Shown: positions 49,131 through 58,347, counted from the stretch's first letter. The stretch is DNA of 64,000 nucleotides from an uncultured delta proteobacterium (GCA_963816145.1 CAWFJP010000002.1:64001-128000), one strand, 5' to 3'. Numbers and translations: made by a program. The notes: generated from the sequence alone by a model not told the origin.

Positions 49131-50903
49131 CTAAATTGACTGGAGCGCTGGTAGTCTCATGACGAATTCGGCACCACCACTTTCCTGGTTGCATTCGAGG
49201 CTGCCGCCGAGCCACCCGAGGGTTCTGTTGTAGAGATCAAGGCGGCGTTTGCCGAACGCAACTGGATCCATCCGTTCCCGGCTTGAAAGTCGAATTTGCA
49301 CTTGGCCTGACGCTACACGAGTGGCAATGCGAATATGCTTCACGCCTATTCCGGCCATTCCTTCCATCAAGTTGGTCAATATATCGTCGAGTCGCTCCGC
49401 TCCTATGTTTGCGTTCGTTTCCTGCGGTGCGGGCGTGAATTCGAAATCGATATTTCTCAGTGGCGAATGCGCCTCCAACCGGCGCGTGAGGGCCTGTAGA
49501 AAAGCTTGGTCATCGTCGACCGCTTCCATCAAATCGTTGGGTTGTGCTGATTGAGCTCCCTTGGCCCGTTTCAGCAGCTCCGCGATCACTTCGTTTGCGG
49601 CTTTCGGTTGTTCCGTCCGGAGAAATTGTAGGCCGTGCACGACGCTCAGGAAGTCCAGAAGCCGTCGCTGGGCTCGGTCAACGAGGTGGAAGTCCAGGAT
49701 TTGCTGCACATGCTCTGCGGCAAGGATCAGTCTCAGTGACCTGGCGACCTGCACCCCCTTAAGCACTACGGTCCATTCGGGTACGGCGCTAGTGTTGAAC
49801 GCTTCCGCGATGCGGCGAAAGTCGGACAGGATGCCGTCGATCCGGTCAATATCCAAGGTCGCAAGAATGCGCCCGGCCGCGCTCTCCTCCTCGAGCAAGG
49901 ATAGATAGTAGGAGATTGTGTACAGGCGGCCGGAAAAGATTGTCAACAGCGCTGTCGTATCTTCCAGCAGTTCATCCACGTAGATCTTGAGAGCGCTGAT
50001 GCGTTCGGCGTCCAAGAGCGGGACATCGGTCAGATCGGAGGCCTCGGCTTCCATCATCCGGAACTTTTCCCGCATGCTTTGCGCCGAAATACAGTAACCG
50101 TGGCCGGGACAGCAAACTGCCATTTCGGATGTTTCGAGAAGCCAATTCACCTTGTGCAAGCTTTGCAATAGATCGGCATGGTTCCAACCGTTGAGGCCAC
50201 ACACACCGGGATTGGCAGCAAAGGGCAAATCCCCAAGGATAAGCAACGATCCAACTCGCAGCGATATGCTGCAAGGCGAATGCCCGGGAGTATGATAGAT
50301 CTCAAGCCGATTGCGGTCACCGAGAGAAAGCCATTGGCGTTGCAGCGTTGCGCCATCGGGCATTGCGATTGGCTCGGTATGTAGTTCGATTCGTCGACCG
50401 TCGTCCAGTTCGAATGCTGATGGCTCGGACTCAGGGCTTGAGCGAAATAAGATTCCCTCGAATGGCGCGGCGCATATGGCGGGGTTCCCAAGGTAAAGAT
50501 AGGCAACCGTCAAGTTGGGGTCTCGGTTTTTCATCGCTTCGACTCCCGCCTGGTGGGCGAAGCGCTTGATTTCTATTCCCTTCGGAAGCTCGAGACCGCC
50601 CGCCTCCTGTGAGTGGTCTTGATGGCAGTGAGTAAGGAAGACGAGGACGGGCCGTCGCGCTAGCGCCAGGGCATCGGTTAGAACTCCGCTTATCTGCCGC
50701 GTTTGCTCCCGGTTGGCGCCGGGATCGACGACTACCAGCGCGTCGGGGGCGGAAAAAATGTAACAATTGGAGGAAACGCAATTGGTCTTGGGTATGATCG
50801 GAAAGATTTCGACGGAGTCGGCGCCGGGCACTCGTTGCCAAACGTTTGCTTCGATCTTAATGCTGGATTCGCGCATGGCGCTGGTTTCCTCTCGACGAGG
50901 CAT
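49131..50903 (-). CDS. MBL-fold metallo-hydrolase fused to a degenerate histidine-kinase/HATPase-like C-terminus
   Basis: VDPG, THCHQDH, HTPGHS, GDL, PGHG. C-terminal LDDILTNL...LGGSLEC...GAEFVMRLP lacks G-boxes. Confidence 0.8.
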   Translation of the reverse strand: MPRREETSAMRESSIKIEANVWQRVPGADSVEIFPIIPKTNCVSSNCYIFSAPDALVVVDPGANREQTRQISGVLTDALALARRPVLVFLTHCHQDHSQEAGGLELPKGIEIKRFAHQAGVEAMKNRDPNLTVAYLYLGNPAICAAPFEGILFRSSPESEPSAFELDDGRRIELHTEPIAMPDGATLQRQWLSLGDRNRLEIYHTPGHSPCSISLRVGSLLILGDLPFAANPGVCGLNGWNHADLLQSLHKVNWLLETSEMAVCCPGHGYCISAQSMREKFRMMEAEASDLTDVPLLDAERISALKIYVDELLEDTTALLTIFSGRLYTISYYLSLLEEESAAGRILATLDIDRIDGILSDFRRIAEAFNTSAVPEWTVVLKGVQVARSLRLILAAEHVQQILDFHLVDRAQRRLLDFLSVVHGLQFLRTEQPKAANEVIAELLKRAKGAQSAQPNDLMEAVDDDQAFLQALTRRLEAHSPLRNIDFEFTPAPQETNANIGAERLDDILTNLMEGMAGIGVKHIRIATRVASGQVQIRLSSRERMDPVAFGKRRLDLYNRTLGWLGGSLECNQESGGAEFVMRLPALQSI

Positions 50904-50909
50904 GCGAGG

Positions 50910-51224
50910 TTACGAGTTCACGTCAATGAATGATGTGAAACCTGCTAGATTTAAGAGACTATGGATTTGTTGCGGGACGTTTAGGAGTCGCAACCGTTCG
51001 CCTCGTTTTTGCAGCGCCTTGGCGGCCAGCAGCAAGACGCGTAGACCGGCGCTGCTCAGGTACGAGACCTGCGCCAAGTCGAGCTGCACCGCGCCGCTTG
51101 GGCTTTCAGCGGCATGCAGCAGTGGTTCCTGCAGCGCGGCGGCGGTCGTGCTATCCACCGGCCCCACGGCATGGAGAACGATAGTCGACGCCAATTGCTC
51201 AAACCTGACTTCCAGCTCTTTCAT
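50910..51224 (-). CDS. STAS anti-anti-sigma factor
   Basis: GPVDS, DLAQVSYLSSAGLRVLL. Confidence 0.9.
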   Translation of the reverse strand: MKELEVRFEQLASTIVLHAVGPVDSTTAAALQEPLLHAAESPSGAVQLDLAQVSYLSSAGLRVLLLAAKALQKRGERLRLLNVPQQIHSLLNLAGFTSFIDVNS

Positions 51225-51883
51225 TCTTTTGCCCCTAATGATCGTTGGTACTGGACGTTATCGAAATCGGCAGCAGATATCCAGGTTTTTTCGTAAGCCA
51301 AGGCCAAGGCGGCAGAGCGATTTCTTGGCATTGCGTAACCGGTCGAACGGCAAGAGGCCCGGGGTTCCGTGAGCTGTGCAGGAGCAAGCGGGTCAGGTGA
51401 CCGTCGCAAGGTCGAAGTTCATGACAGTCCAAGAACTCCTGACAACCACACTGACAGTAAGCGCTATGAATGTGAACGCAGCAAGGCGCCTTGGAATCGA
51501 CGGCGGCATACAAGCCCCGATCTCTTTGAACAAATGCCAGATCAAGGCGCTGCGGGCGTTGCGGGCGGAGCGCCTTTGAAGCTGTTGCCCAGCCTTCGGT
51601 TGTCTGCCGAGCGAACTCGGCTACCGCATGCGCCGCATTGTTGAAGGCGAAGTTGCCGGCCTCGATCGACAGGGTCATGCAGTCCGTGTTTTTCGAAACG
51701 ATTTCCATTGCGGTAATATCAATGAGCGCCAAGATACAAGCTCTGCTCTTGTTCCAATCACCCGCGTCACATCTACCCCAGGCGAACATTGATTGAAAGA
51801 CATAATTCCCCCGCACCGTCCTCGTAACGCTTTACCTTGCGTTCACAAACGTGTTTTTATATAAGCCCCCATGGGGAGGCTAT

Positions 51884-53122
51884 CTGAAAGATTTTTTTAA
51901 AGTTGAGACGCCGCAGGAGGCGCGCAGAATTCTGCTCGAACTTTCTCCCGTGGGCACGGAAAGTGTGGCCACGGTTCGCGCCAGAAGCCGAGTGTTGGCC
52001 GAAGATCTCTTCTCCCAGGTCGATTTGCCACATTTCCACCGCGCCGCCATGGACGGTTACGCCGTCAAAGCCAAGGACACCTTCGGTGCCAGTCAAAGTT
52101 TACCGGCTTATTTGAAACTCGCGGGCGTTGTAGAGATGGGCAAAGCGGCGACCCAGACGATCAACCAGGGCGAGGCGATCCGCATCTCTACCGGCGGAAT
52201 GATGCCGCCGGAGGCCGACGCGGTGGTGATGGTCGAATACACTGATGAAACCGATCGGGGATTGGTCGAGATTCACCGAAGCGTGGCGCCGTGGCAAAAC
52301 GTCATTCAGATTGGCGATGATATAAAAAAGGGTGAGCCGGTGTTCTTCCAAGGCCGGCGGCTGCGCGGCCATGACTTGGGCGCGCTTACGGGCGTCGGCA
52401 TTTCATCGATTACGGTCCATAGACGCCCGCGCGTCGCGCTTATCTCTACCGGCGACGAGATCGTCGATGCCGATGTCGAGCCGCAGCCCGGACAGGTGCG
52501 CAACATCAACCAGCATTCGCTAGCCGGCATGATCGAAGAGGCGGGCGCGGAACTCAAAGATTGGGGCGTGATCGGCGATGATCGGGCGCAACTCACCGAG
52601 GCAATCGGTGCCGCCTTGGCATGGGCCGACGCGGTGCTTCTTTCCGGCGGCAGCTCCATGGGCGCCAAGGATATCGCCTTGGAAACGATCTTGTCTTTTC
52701 CCGATTCTCAATTCATCTTTCACGGCATTTCAATCGCGCCGGGTAAGCCGACGATATTCGCCAAGGCTTGCGGCAAGCCGATTCTTGGTCTACCCGGTTA
52801 TCCGGTATCCGCCTCTGGTGATCTTTCGATCTTGTTTGGCGCGCCCATGCTGCGCCGTTTGGGCGGCGAAGGTCTCGACGCGCTACAACGCTTTAGCCGA
52901 ACGGTGCGGGCGAAGTTGACGACCAATATCTCGTCGCAACTCGGTCGCGAAGACTATGTCCGAGTCGTCATGAAAGCCGACGGTGCAGGCTTCAAAGCGA
53001 CGCCGTTGCCAAGTAAGTCGGGTGCGATTTTCACTCTGGTCAAAGCCGACGGCATGGTTCGCATCGGCATGAATCAGGATGGTCTCGAACAGGGCGAAGA
53101 GGTAGACGTCATTTTATTTTAG
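51884..53122 (+). CDS. moeA: Molybdopterin (Mo/W) molybdotransferase MoeA
   Basis: AAMDGYAV, ISTGG, ISTGDE, SGGSS, APGKP, LPGYP. Start uncertain: CTG 51884 after GGGGAGG, or GTG 51851. Confidence 0.92.
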   Translation: MKDFFKVETPQEARRILLELSPVGTESVATVRARSRVLAEDLFSQVDLPHFHRAAMDGYAVKAKDTFGASQSLPAYLKLAGVVEMGKAATQTINQGEAIRISTGGMMPPEADAVVMVEYTDETDRGLVEIHRSVAPWQNVIQIGDDIKKGEPVFFQGRRLRGHDLGALTGVGISSITVHRRPRVALISTGDEIVDADVEPQPGQVRNINQHSLAGMIEEAGAELKDWGVIGDDRAQLTEAIGAALAWADAVLLSGGSSMGAKDIALETILSFPDSQFIFHGISIAPGKPTIFAKACGKPILGLPGYPVSASGDLSILFGAPMLRRLGGEGLDALQRFSRTVRAKLTTNISSQLGREDYVRVVMKADGAGFKATPLPSKSGAIFTLVKADGMVRIGMNQDGLEQGEEVDVILF

Positions 53123-53135
53123 TTACCGGTATTGT

Positions 53136-53184
53136 GTTTCGAGTTTCGGGCTTTGAACCGAAACCCGCAACCCGCAACTCAAAC
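53136..53184. repeat. Tandem-repeat hairpin, 7-bp unit GTTTCGR / CCGMAAC (element G)
   Basis: gtttcga gtttcgg gctttga a ccgaaac ccgcaac ccgcaac tcaaac, between the two moeA genes. Confidence 0.72.
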
Positions 53185-53194
53185 CGCGAAGACC

Positions 53195-55126
53195 ATGGCT
53201 CGCAAACGTTACCTCAAGAAAACCCCTCTCAAAGAAGCGCGCGAACTGTTTTTATCGACAGTGAATCCAGCTGCGCTGGCGACCGAAGAGATTCTCATTG
53301 ATGACGCTCTCGATCGCATCACCGCGGAGCCCGTGTTTGCCAAAATTTCTTCGCCGCATTATCACGCCTCGGCGATGGACGGGATTTGTGTGCGCGCCGA
53401 AGATACCTTTGGTGCCACGGAGTTCATCGGCAAAAAACTCACGCTCGTCGACGCAGATGCTCCTGGCAGCGACGCTTTCAAATATCTCGATACCGGCAAC
53501 GCGCTACCGGGCTGGGCCAATGCCGTAATCATGATCGAGAAGGTCCATCAGCTCGATGCCGAAACCGTGGAAATCTTCGAATCGGTGGCACCGTGGAATC
53601 ATGTGCGTCTGGTTGGCGAAGATGTGGTGGCAACCGAGCTACTGCTGCCGCGTGCGCATCGGCTGCGCCCCTACGACATGGGCGCGTTACTGGCAGCCGG
53701 TCATACCACGGTGCGAGTCAAGGCGCGGCCCAGGGTCGGCATCATTCCTACCGGTGATGAACTGATTCAGCCGGGGGACGAACCCACGCCCGGGGCGGTG
53801 ATCGATTTCAATTCGACGGTGCTGGCGGCTTTTGTTCGTGAATGGGGCGGTGCGCCGGTGAAGTATCCGCGCGCTAAAGACGATGAGCATCTGCTGCGTG
53901 CCGCACTGGAACAGGCCGCGGCAGAATGCGATCTGGTGACGATCATCGCCGGCTCATCGGCGGGCGAGCATGATCTTACCTCCGATGTGGTTGCCAACGC
54001 CGGTGAATTACTCGCCCATGGCATCGACGTGATGCCCGGCAAGCCCGCTGTGCTGGGTTCGCTCCGTGGCACACCGGTGCTGGGCGTGCCGGGCTACCCA
54101 GTGTCGGCGATCGTCATTGCCCGCGAGATTCTCCGGCCGGCGCTGGAAAAATTCTTCAGCAACGCGGCGCCGGCATTGCCGTCGGTGCGCGCGGTAGTGC
54201 CAAAAAAGATCGCCTCTCATTTAGGTCTCGAAGAGTTTATTCGCGTCACCTTGGGGCGGGTTGGCGAGAAGCTGGTGGCGGTGCCGTTGGCGCGTGGCGC
54301 CGGCGTGATTACAACCATGGTCCATGCCGACGGTTTGATGCGCATCCCAAGTTTGGTCGAAGGTTTCAACGCCGGCGAAACTGCTGAAGTGGAGCTGTTG
54401 CGGCCGATGGTCGATATCGAGAACACGATTCTATGCACCGGCAGCCACGACTTGGCGATTGGTGTGCTCGAAGACCAACTCAAACTGCGCCATCCGGAAT
54501 TGAAAATTGCTGCGACTAACGTCGGCAGCTTGGGCGGCCTGCTCGCCGTGCAACGCGGCGAGACTCATATCGCCGGCACTCATCTGCTCGATCCCGAATC
54601 CGGTGTCTACAATATTCCCGATATTCAGCGTGCGATTCCCCAAGTTCCGCTGGTCTTGGTGCATCTCGCCCATCGGGAGCAGGGCATTCTGGTCGCCCGT
54701 GGTAATCCGAAAACGATTCGCAGTCTGCAAGATCTTGCGCGCGTCGATATTCGCTTCGTCAATCGTCAGCAGGGTTCCGGCACCCGAGTGTTGTTGGATT
54801 ACCAGCTTAAGCAATTACGCATCGATGGCGCTGCGATCGCCGGTTACGAGCGCGAGGAGTTCACCCACATGGCAGTCGGCGTGGCGGTGGCGAGCGGACT
54901 GGCCGATGCCGGTCTTGGCGTGCGCGCCGCGGCGCAAGCTTTGGCGCTCGACTTTATTCCCATCGCCAGCGAACAATACGATTTGCTCATTGAACGGCGA
55001 TTCTTCGAATCCGCTCGCGGCGAGGAGCTACTCGCGACGATCTGTTGTGACCGTTTCAGAGCCGCAGTGAGCGCTCTGGGCGGCTATGACACGGCGAAAG
55101 CCGGTGCGGTGCTCTACCGCCAGTGA
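53195..55126 (+). CDS. moeA: MoeA fused to a C-terminal PBP/LysR-substrate-binding domain
   Basis: SAMDG, PTGDE, MPGKP, then GSHD, VGSLGGL, FVNRQQGSGTR, LGGYD. Confidence 0.9.
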   Translation: MARKRYLKKTPLKEARELFLSTVNPAALATEEILIDDALDRITAEPVFAKISSPHYHASAMDGICVRAEDTFGATEFIGKKLTLVDADAPGSDAFKYLDTGNALPGWANAVIMIEKVHQLDAETVEIFESVAPWNHVRLVGEDVVATELLLPRAHRLRPYDMGALLAAGHTTVRVKARPRVGIIPTGDELIQPGDEPTPGAVIDFNSTVLAAFVREWGGAPVKYPRAKDDEHLLRAALEQAAAECDLVTIIAGSSAGEHDLTSDVVANAGELLAHGIDVMPGKPAVLGSLRGTPVLGVPGYPVSAIVIAREILRPALEKFFSNAAPALPSVRAVVPKKIASHLGLEEFIRVTLGRVGEKLVAVPLARGAGVITTMVHADGLMRIPSLVEGFNAGETAEVELLRPMVDIENTILCTGSHDLAIGVLEDQLKLRHPELKIAATNVGSLGGLLAVQRGETHIAGTHLLDPESGVYNIPDIQRAIPQVPLVLVHLAHREQGILVARGNPKTIRSLQDLARVDIRFVNRQQGSGTRVLLDYQLKQLRIDGAAIAGYEREEFTHMAVGVAVASGLADAGLGVRAAAQALALDFIPIASEQYDLLIERRFFESARGEELLATICCDRFRAAVSALGGYDTAKAGAVLYRQ

Positions 55127-55397
55127 AACCCCGTCATTTGTTTTAGCTGCCAATTCTTCACCTGGTACGGGTCGCCCGACTCCTTGATTGCGGCGCACCA
55201 ATCCTTCCACGACGGCATTTCTAGGCATTCAAGTGGGTGATGCTTGAATCGGCCACTGTGAGCCGATTTGTCAGGTCAAGCGTCCGGTAATGGACCTCGC
55301 AGTATCGATTTGTTCAAATTTGTTTCCAGGGACCTCAAATCGCACCATCGACCCGCGACAAAAGTATTAAATTACAACGGGTTAGGTTTTGGCTCGA

Positions 55398-55413
55398 TGG
55401 CATTACCATTGCG
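55398..55413 (+). promoter_or_regulatory. Putative sigma54 (-24/-12) promoter
   Basis: TGGCATTACCATTGCG (GG-N10-GC), about 22 nt before ATG 55436. Confidence 0.7.
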
Positions 55414-55435
55414 TTTACTGGTGAGCGCGAAAACT

Positions 55436-55633
55436 ATGGAAAGAACTAACGAATCCCTCCAGCTTTTGACCCTCACTGAGGCGGCTCAGTTACTCCATGT
55501 CTCAACCAAGACTTTGCAGCGAATGATTCGCAGCGGCGATCTGCCAGCGCTTAAAGTCGGCGGCCAGTGGCGCCTCCGTGAAAGCCAGCTGATTAGTTGG
55601 ATCCAAAGCCGCGAAGGTCAGTCACAGTCTTGA
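55436..55633 (+). CDS. Excisionase-like HTH DNA-binding protein
   Basis: LLTLTEAAQLLHVSTKTLQRMIRSGDLPALKVGGQWRL. Confidence 0.88.
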   Translation: MERTNESLQLLTLTEAAQLLHVSTKTLQRMIRSGDLPALKVGGQWRLRESQLISWIQSREGQSQS

Positions 55634-55719
55634 CCCACGAAGGCGGTTAAGCAGCAGATCATCGTCTCCCAAATGGAAGTGGGCGACTAGCAAACCAATC
55701 TGACACCGGGACGAAAAAG

Positions 55720-58347
55720 TTGGTGCAACTTCAAATCGAAAAAATCGCTCAATTGGCAACCGGGACGTTTTTGCGCCAGTTGCGGCGGCGCCTGTTGCTG
55801 ATGATCTCGATCGCTGTGGTGCCGATCGTTGCGGTCGTCTTGTATCAGGCGAAGTTGCGCCGCGATGTGCAGATATTGGAAGTCCATGAGGCGGCGTGGC
55901 GCCTCACCAACGTGATCGCTCAGCGCCAGTCGCAGCTAGTCGCATCGGTGAAGCAGCTGCTGGGCTTGCTGGCGCAGTTGCCGGAGATCGGCAAGGGGGA
56001 CTCGTCGGCGTGCGGCGAGCTCTTGCGTGGGCTGTTAGCCAGAAAACCAGCCTATTTCGATGTCGGCCTGGTGGACGCGACGGGCAGTCCAGGTTGCCGC
56101 GCACGCGACTCCGGCCCCGCAATTGATCTGGTGCACGATCCTCTGCTGCGGCGAGTCTTCGAAACTAAAGACTTTGTCATCGGCGATTTTCAGCTGCTCG
56201 GCAATTGGCAGCGCCGGGCGCTCATGTTTGGATATCCGATTCTAGATCAGTCAGGCGCGGTTCGGGACATTCTCTTTGCGGCGCTGGATGTGAAATGGAT
56301 CGATCAGCTCGCCGCCGAGACTCACCTGCCTGCCGGCATGGCGCTGACCATCCTCGATGGTAATGGTACGATTCTGACGCGAGTTCCCGATCAAGCGGAG
56401 TGGACCGGCAAGCATATGCCCGATGCGCCGCTCTTAGAATTGACCCAGCTGCGCAATCAACCCACGAAAGAAATCGATGGGCTGGACGGGATCACAAGGC
56501 TCTATGCATTCAATACCGTTGGTGCCGGGCGCGGGCGCGGGCAGCTCCATGTCATCGTCGGTGTGCCTAGGACGGTCGCTTACCGTGAAGCCGACCATGC
56601 GCTGCTATGGAGTTTGATTTGGATCGCCATGCTTACCGCGATCGCCAGTGGGGTCGCTTGGGTCGTCGGTAGCAAATCGGTTGTCGAGTACGTCAAAAAA
56701 CGCGCCGACGCCGAAGATGCTCGCGGCCGGTTAGCCGCCATCGTCGATTCTTCGGAAGATGGCATTATCGGCATGTCTCTCGACGGGGAGATTATCACCT
56801 GGAACGACGGCGCCGAACAAATGTATGGCTACGATGCCGCAACCATCCTCGGGCAAAACATCGCGGTACTGACGCCGCCCGAGCATCGCGGCGAGATTCT
56901 CGAGCTGATGCAGATCGTGCGCTTGGGCAAGGGCATCAATCGCTACGAAAGTGAACGGATCTGCAAGGATGGCCGACGCATAGCCGTTTCCGCGTCGCTT
57001 TCGCCGATTCGTGATTCCCTCGGAAAGATCCGCGGTGCGGCGACGATTACCCGGGACATTACGCTGCTGCGCAAGGGTGAGGAGCAGATGCGCTCTCACG
57101 CCAACCAGCTGGAAGCACTTCAATCGATCGCTCAAGGAACCGCACAAACGCTTTCGCTGGCTGAAATGGTGCCGCAGTCTCTTGAGAAGCTTGTCGCACT
57201 GGTGCCATGCGATTATGCGATTACCTATTTCATCGGCGCCGATGGCGCGGTCAATGCCTTCTCGGCGGATAGTGAGGCCGTAGCCAAATCCCCGCACAGC
57301 CGTTTGGTTGATGACATAGCCCAGGCCGTCACTCAATGTACCGGCGAGTGGTTCGTCGACGATGTGAGGTTGGTGCCGGAACTTACGGCATTGTCGACGC
57401 AGCATGGTGTCAGATCGATGGCGGTCGTACCGATGACGCGCAAGGATCGATGCCGGACCACCTTGGTTTTACTGTACAATACATCGCGCTCGTTCGCAGT
57501 GGGCGAAACTCAGTTTATCAAGGCGCTGGCGCGGACCATTGCGCTTGGGGTGGAGAACGGCCAACTCTATGAGTCCTCGCTCAGTCTGATCGATGCATTG
57601 GCAGGCCAAATCGACGAGCGTACAAGGGCGGAAAAGCAGTTGGCAGATTTCACTGCCATGGTGGTTCACGACCTGCGTTCGCCGCTTTCCAACATCGTCT
57701 CGATGGCCGAGTCGGTCAAGGAAGGGTTGTTCGGCGCAGTCAACGATTTGCAGCGCAATTGGTTGGGAAAGATCGAAACCAATTGCCGCAGCCTCGTCGA
57801 TCAGGTGAGCGACTTTTTGGACTTCTCGCGGATCGATGCCGGCAAGCTGATACTCAAAGGCGGACGGGCAAATATTGGCTGGCAAATCCGAGAGATTGTC
57901 GCGGAACACTCCATCGAAGCCGAGAAACGCAACATTCGATTGACGGCAAAAATTGACGAGCAACTGCCCGTGCTCTGGGCCGATTCCCGCCGGATTGGAC
58001 AAGTGCTGACCAATTTTCTGAGCAATGCTTTAAAGTTTACCGACGACGGCGGCATGATCGAGGTGTCGGCGTGGCAGGGCGAGGGCTCGGTTGTGGTTTC
58101 TGTGCGCGATTCTGGCCTCGGCATCGCCGCCGAGGAGCAGAAACATATTTTCCAAATGTATAGCCAGGTGTCGAGCAGTGAAAAAAGCCCAAAGCGCGGC
58201 ACCGGGATCGGGCTGGTGATTTGCAAGAAGATTATCGAAGCCCATGGCGGACGTATCTGGGTCGAAAGCGGGCTGGGGCAGGGCAGCAGTTTTTACTTTT
58301 CGTTGCCGGCGCAGGCCGACACCGAAGAATGGCTTACACCGGCATGA
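55720..58347 (+). CDS. Sensor histidine kinase (dCache-PAS-GAF-HisKA-HATPase)
   Basis: 2 TM, PAS (IVDSSEDGI..WNDGAE), VHDLRSPL H-box, NFLSNALKF, DSGLG, GTGIGL. Confidence 0.92.
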   Translation: MVQLQIEKIAQLATGTFLRQLRRRLLLMISIAVVPIVAVVLYQAKLRRDVQILEVHEAAWRLTNVIAQRQSQLVASVKQLLGLLAQLPEIGKGDSSACGELLRGLLARKPAYFDVGLVDATGSPGCRARDSGPAIDLVHDPLLRRVFETKDFVIGDFQLLGNWQRRALMFGYPILDQSGAVRDILFAALDVKWIDQLAAETHLPAGMALTILDGNGTILTRVPDQAEWTGKHMPDAPLLELTQLRNQPTKEIDGLDGITRLYAFNTVGAGRGRGQLHVIVGVPRTVAYREADHALLWSLIWIAMLTAIASGVAWVVGSKSVVEYVKKRADAEDARGRLAAIVDSSEDGIIGMSLDGEIITWNDGAEQMYGYDAATILGQNIAVLTPPEHRGEILELMQIVRLGKGINRYESERICKDGRRIAVSASLSPIRDSLGKIRGAATITRDITLLRKGEEQMRSHANQLEALQSIAQGTAQTLSLAEMVPQSLEKLVALVPCDYAITYFIGADGAVNAFSADSEAVAKSPHSRLVDDIAQAVTQCTGEWFVDDVRLVPELTALSTQHGVRSMAVVPMTRKDRCRTTLVLLYNTSRSFAVGETQFIKALARTIALGVENGQLYESSLSLIDALAGQIDERTRAEKQLADFTAMVVHDLRSPLSNIVSMAESVKEGLFGAVNDLQRNWLGKIETNCRSLVDQVSDFLDFSRIDAGKLILKGGRANIGWQIREIVAEHSIEAEKRNIRLTAKIDEQLPVLWADSRRIGQVLTNFLSNALKFTDDGGMIEVSAWQGEGSVVVSVRDSGLGIAAEEQKHIFQMYSQVSSSEKSPKRGTGIGLVICKKIIEAHGGRIWVESGLGQGSSFYFSLPAQADTEEWLTPA

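Noticed and set aside
51235-51816. 193-aa minus-strand ORF and overlapping small plus-strand ORFs
   Set aside because: No RBS, no recognisable motifs and atypical composition; probably degraded or non-coding sequence.
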